DNA of 7,787 nt from Candidatus Thorarchaeota archaeon (lineage in GTDB: Archaea; Asgardarchaeota; Heimdallarchaeia; Hodarchaeales; Hodarchaeaceae), in contig JBHLRO010000026.1 in the NCBI GenBank assembly GCA_048882505.1, positions 32,727 through 40,513 of the forward strand, in the 5' to 3' direction. A program made the translations under genes and the position numbers. A model generated the notes under the pieces. That model was not told the origin of the DNA, searched no databases, and saw nothing but the letters and a program-made list of their open reading frames with translations. Below, in pieces: positions 1 to 6,063 of this stretch. How positions within the stretch are numbered: position 1 is the stretch's first letter; each line of letters begins with the position of its first letter.

Positions 1-399
1 GAACTAGCTCCAGAACCCGAACCACCTCTGGAGCCCGAAGAGCCCACTCAACCCTCGGACCTCGGGGCGCCTGAACCTCCTACGGAACCTGAAAGGTCTC
101 ACCGACTGGAGGAGACTGTCAAACCTTTGGAATTAAAGAAACCTAAACAGCATGAAGTCTCCAGGAAACTCACAGAACATGTCTCGGATGAAAGGCCGAT
201 TGAACCGATAGATCTTGACCCTCGTGAGATCCTCATGGAGCTGAGAGGGCGTTTGGATGCAGAAAAACCCACTGAATCAAAACCAGTAGAAGCGTCGGAA
301 GTCCTAGAGAAACCTAAGAAGAGTAAGGAGGAAGAGAAATCTGTAGAAAATGGAAATTCAGAGAAGGTTCTGGAACCTGAGGAGTCTGAGGAATCTTAA
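1..399 (+). CDS. 3' end (132 aa visible) of a Pro/Glu/Lys-rich low-complexity protein; 5' part lies outside the window
   Basis: Frame +1 is open from base 1 (ELAPEPEPPLEPEEPTQPSDLGAPEPPTEPERSHRLEETVKP) and runs into the 127..399 ORF, so the TTG at 127 is probably internal. Ends at TAA 397-399. No recognisable domain. Confidence 0.8.
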   Translation, partial: ELAPEPEPPLEPEEPTQPSDLGAPEPPTEPERSHRLEETVKPLELKKPKQHEVSRKLTEHVSDERPIEPIDLDPREILMELRGRLDAEKPTESKPVEASEVLEKPKKSKEEEKSVENGNSEKVLEPEESEES

Positions 400-719
400 T
401 CTTCTTTAAAGCGAAGTTGAGCTAGGATCCAGTAGGCCTCCAGTGGCGTGATAGAAAGCAGGCGGGCAAGTTCTTCAGGATGGATTTGGGGATTCCTGGG
501 TAGGATCTTTTGGCGGGTCCATGCAAGATTGGAGGCATGTCCGGGGATTTGGGCCATAACTGGAGCCAACATTTCCAGTAATTGCTCTCGAGAGAGCTGC
601 AGTAGAGACCCCTGAGATTTGCGACGATCCAGTATTCTTGGGACTTTCCGCTCTTTTTTCACAGGAGTGGTACTTTTCTTATCCTTCTCCTGGTCAAGAT
701 ATTGTTCAAGATCTGACAT
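396..719 (-). CDS. Hypothetical protein, 107 aa, with a predicted C-terminal helix-turn-helix-like segment
   Basis: ATG-started ORF co-oriented with DUF211 across a 52-bp gap. C-terminal NPQIHPEELARLLSITPLEAYWILAQL has an HTH-like pattern. Its stop overlaps the convergent upstream gene's stop at TTAA 396-399. Confidence 0.75.
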   Translation of the reverse strand: MSDLEQYLDQEKDKKSTTPVKKERKVPRILDRRKSQGSLLQLSREQLLEMLAPVMAQIPGHASNLAWTRQKILPRNPQIHPEELARLLSITPLEAYWILAQLRFKED

Positions 720-771
720 TATTCACTGATTCTCTCTTGATCGGATCTGGTTTTTCAGGCTTTTTTTATAC

Positions 772-1092
772 TCAATCTTGGGGCGTTTCGATCGCTTCCA
801 CAAATCGTGTGCCTGTAACAACCTGGTCGACGGAATGAATGCTTCCGTGTAAATCATTGATTCGCTCATTTATTATATCGTAATCTAAATTCGACCCCTC
901 TAGGACGACTTTAAGGTTCTCTGTTTTTGCATCAATTTCTAGGAGGGTACAATTAACCCCTGCGACTCCCTCAACTTCTTCGAGAGCCCTAGCGAAAGAG
1001 ACGATTGAGGGATCATGTAGTTTCAGAACATCCAAAACTAATCGCCTCACTCCTCCTCTTTTGGTCAAACCAGTGTGTCTTTTTTCAGTCAT
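772..1092 (-). CDS. DUF211 domain protein (COG1888-like, uncharacterised archaeal family)
   Basis: Motifs VRRLVLDVLKLHDPSIV, EGVAGVN, EIDAKTENLKVVLEGSNLDY and GSIHSVDQVVTG match the DUF211 pattern as I recall it. SD-like AGGTG at 1108-1104. Confidence 0.9.
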   Translation of the reverse strand: MTEKRHTGLTKRGGVRRLVLDVLKLHDPSIVSFARALEEVEGVAGVNCTLLEIDAKTENLKVVLEGSNLDYDIINERINDLHGSIHSVDQVVTGTRFVEAIETPQD

Positions 1093-1267
1093 GGGATTGT
1101 AAACACCTGTTTCTGAGAAATATAGATTTTATCTTTTTGAAAGGAACCAACCGGAACATAAGTCTCCCCGTTTTGGCATTTTCCCAAAAAAGGTTCCTGA
1201 GTATGTCCAATAGGATTATCGATCAACAGCTGGGAAGTCCATCCCGTTACGGAGGTTTATGATGGAA

Positions 1268-1287
1268 CTAAAGCTAGTTACCTTTAG
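1268..1287 (-). repeat. Short inverted repeat just after the sui1 stop; possible terminator or processing hairpin
   Basis: CTAAAG (1268-1273), 8-nt loop, CTTTAG (1282-1287). No U-tract directly follows, so function is unsupported. Confidence 0.25.
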
Positions 1288-1293
1288 CAGACC

Positions 1294-1614
1294 TCAATCA
1301 CGCAGTTCAATGGAAGATTCGGGGAAGCCTTCATCAACTAATATTTCGGGGATCCGCCGGAGAAAATTCCCTTGGAGCTCGATCCTCCCATCCTTTGTGG
1401 TGCCCCCCGTCGCTAACGACTTTTTCAGCCTTTTTGAAAGGCTTCGTAAGTCAATTTCTTTACTTAGCCCATCTATCACGGTCACCTCACGTCCCCATTT
1501 TCGTTTCTCAATGAAAACCCGAATAGAAGTCGTCTCGTCGCGTGCTATATCACTGCACGCACATAATTCAATTGGAAGTCCGCATGTTTTGCACGTACTT
1601 GTTGCCATGCCCAT
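1294..1614 (-). CDS. sui1: Archaeal translation initiation factor aIF-1 (SUI1 family)
   Basis: N-terminal CKTCGLPIELCAC Cys cluster typical of archaeal SUI1, then IRVFIEKRKWGREVTVIDG, LSKRLKKSLATGGT and GRIELQG. SD-like GAGGT at 1630-1626. An alternative ATG lies at 1608. Confidence 0.95.
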   Translation of the reverse strand: MGMATSTCKTCGLPIELCACSDIARDETTSIRVFIEKRKWGREVTVIDGLSKEIDLRSLSKRLKKSLATGGTTKDGRIELQGNFLRRIPEILVDEGFPESSIELRD

Positions 1615-1674
1615 TTTTACTTTTTTACCTCAAATTTTATGAATTGTAGATGGGGAGATATGCAAATTTGCCTA

Positions 1675-1682
1675 AATATAAA
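1675..1682 (-). promoter_or_regulatory. Putative TATA box for sui1
   Basis: Minus strand reads GATAGG-TTTATATT in the rpoP-sui1 gap, about 60 nt upstream of the ATG. Confidence 0.45.
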
Positions 1683-1706
1683 CCTATCGTAGAAATTTTG
1701 TCGTTT

Positions 1707-1853
1707 TCATTCAGTTCTCAACCGTTTGATAATCGGCGGCCGTTTCTTGAGTAAGACTCGATGCCCGCAGATTATGCACCTTATCCCTGGAAGGGTTTCC
1801 AATTCCCCTGGATCGATCTCTTGGTGACAAGCGGCACATAGATAAGTGGTCAT
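1707..1853 (-). CDS. rpoP: DNA-directed RNA polymerase subunit Rpo12/RpoP (RPB12 homologue), 48 aa; below the ORF-track length cutoff
   Basis: Hand translation: MTTYLCAACHQEIDPGELETLPGIRCIICGHRVLLKKRPPIIKRLRTE*. It has a YxCxxC...RCxxCGxRxLxKxRP zinc ribbon with the Rpo12 pattern. SD AGGAG lies 7 nt upstream of the ATG. Confidence 0.93.
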   Translation of the reverse strand: MTTYLCAACHQEIDPGELETLPGIRCIICGHRVLLKKRPPIIKRLRTE

Positions 1854-1955
1854 TTGGTTTCTCCTAACCTTTTTTCATTCAAGGAATTGCCATCGACCCG
1901 ATCTAGCGGAGGATTAAGACGGAGATCCCTGTTAATCGAGCCGACCCTTCCCAGT

Positions 1956-1970
1956 TTGATAAACATTTCT
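1956..1970 (-). promoter_or_regulatory. Putative BRE+TATA promoter for rpoP
   Basis: Minus strand AGAAATG-TTTATCAA just after the mutase small-subunit stop; would give a leader of about 80 nt. Confidence 0.35.
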
Positions 1971-1981
1971 TTCCCAGAACT

Positions 1982-2401
1982 TTATACTGCTCGTTTAAGA
2001 TTATCTTCTATGAATTTAACAATCTCCTCGGTATCCGTTCCTGGACCGAAGATTCCTGTGATGCCTATTTTGTTCATAGCAGGGATGTCTACATCTGGAA
2101 TAATACCCCCCACAACCACGAGAGTGTCATCATACATCTCCTTTTCCTTAAGCAACTCGATGATTTTGGGAAAAAGGGCCATATGAGATCCACTAAGGCT
2201 GGAAAGACCTAGGACATCGACATCTTCTTGTAAAGCTGCCTCAACAATCTGTTCAGCGCTCTTATGTAATCCAGTATAGATTACTTCCATTCCTGCGTCT
2301 CGCAGCGCACGAGCAACTACTTTAACGCCTCGGTCATGGCCATCTAATCCTGGTTTAGCTAACAGGACTCGTATTTTCCTAGTAACGGTACGATCACTCA
2401 T
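1982..2401 (-). CDS. B12-dependent acyl-CoA mutase small (cobalamin-binding) subunit, methylmalonyl/isobutyryl-CoA mutase family
   Basis: [10 protein letters not shown] contains the DxHxxG base-off/His-on motif, followed by [19 protein letters not shown] and VVGGIIP. SD GGAGGA upstream. Lies 27 bp after the large subunit. Confidence 0.95.
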   Translation of the reverse strand: MSDRTVTRKIRVLLAKPGLDGHDRGVKVVARALRDAGMEVIYTGLHKSAEQIVEAALQEDVDVLGLSSLSGSHMALFPKIIELLKEKEMYDDTLVVVGGIIPDVDIPAMNKIGITGIFGPGTDTEEIVKFIEDNLKRAV

Positions 2402-2428
2402 CGTTGGGCTATTCCTCCAGGTTTCACT

Positions 2429-4153
2429 TTAGATCAAACGATCACCCTGCCATTCACCAAAAACCTCCCTAAAGACATCACAAATTTCGCCTACAGACGC
2501 ATAAGCCTTAACCGCCTCAAGGATAAATGGCATCAAATTGCTAGTGCCTTGAGCGGCCTTTTTAACTTTCGTCAAGGCCGCTTTAACCGCTTCATCATCT
2601 CTCTCAGCCTTAACCTTATGCAGACGAGAAATTTGGCGCTCAACAACTTCATCTTTAACCTCGAGAAGGGGAATCTTGATCTTTTCATCTCGGGTATATT
2701 CATTCACTCCAACAATCACACGTTGGTTTTCCTCGATCTCCTTTTGATACCGGTAGGCTGCGGTAGCGATCTCTTGCTGGAAAAATCCTTTCTCAATTGC
2801 TGGGATAACTCCGCCTAACTGCTTTATTTTTTCAAAATATTCTTCCACTTTTTGCTCCATTTGATTTGTCAATGCTTCTATGAAATAACTCCCCGCTAAA
2901 GGATCAATCGTATTCGTAACCCCGCTTTCATGTGCAAGGATTTGTTGAGTCCGCAGTGCAATTTCTACTGCTTCCTTGCTTGGAAGAGCCAATGCCTCAT
3001 CTAGTGAATTGGTATGTAGTGATTGGGTGCCCCCTAGCACCGCAGCAAGCGCCTGGACCGTTGTTCTCACGACATTATTGGAGGGTTGTTGGGCAGTTAA
3101 AGACACCCCCGCAGTTTGAGTATGAAACCGTAACCACATCGAACGGGGTTTTTTAGGGTTGAACTGACGCATATGCCGAGCCCAAATTCGTCTGGCGGCC
3201 CGATACTTGGCTATCTCTTCAAAAAAGTCGTTGTGGGAATTAAAGAAAAATGAAAGCCGGGGAGCGAAGTCGTCAACATCCATGCCAGCTTCTACTGCCC
3301 ATTTGACATATTCCAAGCCATCAGCCAATGTAAATGCTAACTCTTGAATTGCAGTGGAGCCTGCCTCCCGAATGTGATATCCCGAAATCGAAATGGTATT
3401 CCATCGGGGTACGTGCTCAGCACAATACTTGATTATGTCAACAATAATCCGCATAGAGGGGCGTGGCGGAAAAATATATGATTTCTGGGCGATATATTCC
3501 TTTAAAATGTCGTTCTGGATTGTACCGCCGATTTGGTGTGATCCCACACCTTGTTTCTCCGCAACCGCGATATACATTGCCAACAGAATGGCCGCCGGTG
3601 CGTTTATTGTCATGGAGGTAGTAACTTTGTCGAGAGGGATTCCATCAAACAGAATCTCCATATCCTTTAACGTGTCTACAGCAACTCCTAATTTACCGAC
3701 CTCACCTAGAGACATGGGATGATCCGATTCTCGTCCATATAAGGTCGGTAGATGGAAAGCAACACTCAATCCCGTCATTCCACTCGCCAAGAGGAATTTA
3801 AAACGTTGATTTGTCTCTTCTGCACCTCCGAATCCCGCAAATTGTCGCATAGTCCATAGACGCCCTCGATACATCGTGGGTTGGACGCCTCTCGTGTATG
3901 GAAACATGCCAGGGTAGCCAAGCTGACTCAAATATCTCCAGTTGTCAGGTAGATCACTCGGATCGTAAATCCGATTGATAGGTTCACTGGATGTCGTCAT
4001 GAATTTAGATAAACGTTCGGGGTTTTTTGCTACCTTTTTATCGTAGAGTTCCTCCCAATCCTGCCTCTTTTGTTTAATAGATTCATGAGAATCTTTTTTT
4101 CCAGATAATGATGCAGATTTATCTTTTTTAATTTCCGAGGTATCGGTGGTCAA
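2429..4153 (-). CDS. B12-dependent acyl-CoA mutase large (substrate-binding) subunit, MCM family; active-site residues are ICM-like (Phe/Gln)
   Basis: Motifs [76 protein letters not shown] and [10 protein letters not shown]. No fused B12 domain (split type). TTG start overlaps the cobO stop (TTGA) and has a strong SD 7 nt upstream. Confidence 0.95.
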   Translation of the reverse strand: MTTDTSEIKKDKSASLSGKKDSHESIKQKRQDWEELYDKKVAKNPERLSKFMTTSSEPINRIYDPSDLPDNWRYLSQLGYPGMFPYTRGVQPTMYRGRLWTMRQFAGFGGAEETNQRFKFLLASGMTGLSVAFHLPTLYGRESDHPMSLGEVGKLGVAVDTLKDMEILFDGIPLDKVTTSMTINAPAAILLAMYIAVAEKQGVGSHQIGGTIQNDILKEYIAQKSYIFPPRPSMRIIVDIIKYCAEHVPRWNTISISGYHIREAGSTAIQELAFTLADGLEYVKWAVEAGMDVDDFAPRLSFFFNSHNDFFEEIAKYRAARRIWARHMRQFNPKKPRSMWLRFHTQTAGVSLTAQQPSNNVVRTTVQALAAVLGGTQSLHTNSLDEALALPSKEAVEIALRTQQILAHESGVTNTIDPLAGSYFIEALTNQMEQKVEEYFEKIKQLGGVIPAIEKGFFQQEIATAAYRYQKEIEENQRVIVGVNEYTRDEKIKIPLLEVKDEVVERQISRLHKVKAERDDEAVKAALTKVKKAAQGTSNLMPFILEAVKAYASVGEICDVFREVFGEWQGDRLI

Positions 4154-4695
4154 TATTCTACACCTCTTCGAGCCAAAACTTCCTCGTTATAGGGATGCTT
4201 AAGTGATTGGATTTCTGTGTGATAGTCCGCCAACGCCACGATACTTTGCGGCGCGTTTCTTCCTGTCAAGACTACTTCCAATTTTTTAGGCTTTTGCTTA
4301 ACCAGCTTAACGACTTCTGCTTTGGAAATTAATCCAAAATCTAGAGCTACATTAATCTCATCTAAGACTAGTATGTCCCATTCTTCCTTTTCCACTGCAG
4401 TACGAGCCCGAGAAAGTGCTGCCTGTGCTTCTGTTATATCAATTTCTTTGGGATTTTTTCTGTCTACAAACTCTGGCCTTCCATACTGTACCAAAGTTAT
4501 CTGTGGTACCGCAGTAAGCACCTTTACCTCCCCATAATTCCATCCTTTCTTCATCCATTGGATGATTAGAACCTTGAACCCATGTCCCGCCGCGCGGAGG
4601 GCCATCCCAAGAGCAGACGTCGTTTTCCCTTTGCCGTCTCCTGTTACTACGTGAATATATCCTAGTTGACTAATTTCCATATCGTCTTTAACCAT
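4150..4695 (-). CDS. cobO: ATP:cob(I)alamin / cob(I)yrinic acid a,c-diamide adenosyltransferase, CobA/CobO/BtuR type
   Basis: P-loop [26 protein letters not shown], then [33 protein letters not shown] and KHPY...ARRGVEY. Confidence 0.95.
   Translation of the reverse strand: MVKDDMEISQLGYIHVVTGDGKGKTTSALGMALRAAGHGFKVLIIQWMKKGWNYGEVKVLTAVPQITLVQYGRPEFVDRKNPKEIDITEAQAALSRARTAVEKEEWDILVLDEINVALDFGLISKAEVVKLVKQKPKKLEVVLTGRNAPQSIVALADYHTEIQSLKHPYNEEVLARRGVEY
4161..4166 (-). promoter_or_regulatory. Shine-Dalgarno sequence GAGGTG for the mutase large subunit
   Basis: GAGGTG inside the cobO 3' end, 7 nt before the TTG at 4153. Supports this start and translational coupling. Confidence 0.7.
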
Positions 4696-4735
4696 TTAAT
4701 GGCCTCTGAGGTTTTTGACTAAAGTATCCTATATC

Positions 4736-4753
4736 GATTTGAATTCCTTTTGA
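4736..4753 (+). repeat. Direct repeat copy 1 (GATTTGAATTCCTTTTGA) in the divergent cobO/surE intergenic region
   Basis: 17/18 identical to 5704-5721. Both copies are followed by AAAAGA after 8 nt. Confidence 0.7.
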
Positions 4754-4808
4754 TCAGTGGCAAAAGAGACCCATATATCGGTGCTTTGTGAATAGGAATG
4801 GTTAATCA

Positions 4809-5624
4809 ATGAAATTAATCTTAGTGACCAATGACGATGGCATTGGCGCAACAGGTCTAAAAATACTAGCAAATGCAATGATAGGACTTACACCAGAAGT
4901 CAAAGTTCTTGTTGTTGCTCCCACAAGCCAACGTTCTGCTGGTGGAAAATCAATCACATATTCTACACCTTTACGTCTGTCTAGAGAAATTGATTTTTTT
5001 GATAACGAAATTTCGGCGTACTCGGTTGACGGTACACCAGCAGACTGTGTAATAATGGGGAAATATGTAAGTAATAAGGAATTTGGAAAGATTCCTGACC
5101 TTATTGTAAGTGGAATTAACAGTGGGGGTAATACCTCGGTCCAATCCATTCTTGCATCCGGAACATGTGCAGCCGCATTTGAAGGAGGAATTTCTGGTAT
5201 TCCATCAATTGCCTTTTCTCTGGAAGTCCCTGAAAACGAGCTTTTTTCAAAACCGAGTCAATCAACATCTAATTATGAAGTTGCAGCGATTCGTGCAAAA
5301 GAAATCGCCAATAAAGTTCTTCTAAAAGCGCTACCTCCCAAAGTACTATTTTTGAACTGCAATTTTCCCTCAAGCGTTTCACTTCAGACACCAATAGATT
5401 TCGTCCAATTAGCTCCCGAAAAGTACATTGACGAAGCCATAGAACAGAAAGATCCTAGAGGAGTCCCAATATATTGGATTTGGGGGGATTTAATATCTAA
5501 TCTGCACGAAAACACAGATGTACATTCTTTAAGTGTTAAAAAGATGATCACGTTAACCCCTATAAGTTTGGAATTCAACCCAAGTCATATATTGACTCTG
5601 AAAAAATGGTTCATAGAAGAATAA
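4809..5624 (+). CDS. surE: 5'/3'-nucleotidase SurE
   Basis: ILVTNDDG N-terminal motif, VVAP..QRSAGG.SIT, VDGTPADCV, VSGINSGGN, SGTCAAAFEG, PSIAFSL, LNCNFP and DPRGVPIYW. Confidence 0.96.
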   Translation: MKLILVTNDDGIGATGLKILANAMIGLTPEVKVLVVAPTSQRSAGGKSITYSTPLRLSREIDFFDNEISAYSVDGTPADCVIMGKYVSNKEFGKIPDLIVSGINSGGNTSVQSILASGTCAAAFEGGISGIPSIAFSLEVPENELFSKPSQSTSNYEVAAIRAKEIANKVLLKALPPKVLFLNCNFPSSVSLQTPIDFVQLAPEKYIDEAIEQKDPRGVPIYWIWGDLISNLHENTDVHSLSVKKMITLTPISLEFNPSHILTLKKWFIEE

Positions 5625-5703
5625 CAAGTGTTTCAAGTCCGTTTTGCCGTTCAAAATTTACCCAAGCAAAGCGGTGAATGGAACTACAGCCCAATTCATT
5701 CGT

Positions 5704-5721
5704 GATTTGAATTCCCTTTGA
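5704..5721 (+). repeat. Direct repeat copy 2 (GATTTGAATTCCCTTTGA) between surE and tRNA-His
   Basis: 17/18 identical to 4736-4753. Internally, TTTGAATT occurs twice with an 11-bp period (5706-5713 and 5717-5724). Confidence 0.7.
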
Positions 5722-5729
5722 ATTGCCAT

Positions 5730-5742
5730 AAAAGATTTATTA
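5730..5742 (+). promoter_or_regulatory. Putative BRE+TATA promoter for tRNA-His
   Basis: AAAAGA-TTTATTA resembles the archaeal consensus. It implies a fairly long leader of about 65 nt. Confidence 0.45.
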
Positions 5743-5830
5743 CTAGCTTCTATTAAGATCCATGATCATCATTCAATCTCTATAGCATGATTTGTAGCTA
5801 AAACATCAATTCTTACGTCTTGATTGACAT

Positions 5831-5902
5831 GGCCGGTGTAGGATAACGGTAGTCTCGGTGGTTGTGGCCCACCATGTCGGGGTTCAATTCCCCGCTCCGG
5901 CC
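5831..5902 (+). tRNA. tRNA-His(GUG), intronless, with genomically encoded G-1 and C73; CCA not encoded
   Basis: Hand-folded cloverleaf: acceptor GCCGGTG/CTCCGGC (one U-U mismatch), D stem GGAT/GTCT, anticodon stem GGTGG/CCACC with loop TT-GTG-GC, T stem CGGGG/CCCCG with loop TTCAATT. The extra 5' G opposite discriminator C is the His identity element. Confidence 0.96.
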
Positions 5903-5903
5903 C

Positions 5904-5930
5904 TTCCTTTCTTAATTTCGTTCTTTTCTC
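5904..5930 (+). terminator. T/C-rich tract; putative archaeal terminator for tRNA-His
   Basis: TTCCTTTCTTAATTTCGTTCTTTTCTC directly after the tRNA. Confidence 0.45.
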
Positions 5931-6063
5931 AGAGGTTATCGCCTGTAATCATATCTGAAGAACTGGGAATTAACTTTGTACTAATGTTCTGTCATCCAAG
6001 AACCTTTCACCATAGAGACTAGAAAGTTATTTGACTGTTCCGAGAATCACTGGCAGAATAACC

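Noticed and set aside
396-399. Overlapping stop codons (TTAA) of convergent genes
   Set aside because: Common in compact archaeal genomes; no special meaning is supportable.
1213-1296. UGA readthrough (selenocysteine) at the sui1 stop
   Set aside because: The protein is already full length at TGA. The extension (GLLKVTSFSS...) is featureless, and I see no archaeal SECIS-like element.
4696-4808. Cobalamin riboswitch upstream of cobO (GCCACTG occurs on the minus strand at 4761-4755)
   Set aside because: The gap is only 113 bp and shared with the surE promoter. The other conserved elements (GGGAA, CCCGC-ACTGT, GGGAAG, AGYCAG-AGACC) are absent.
5658-5729. 23-aa minus-strand ORF MAIQREFKSRMNWAVVPFTALLG between surE and tRNA-His
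   Set aside because: Too short, no SD or motif, and expected by chance.
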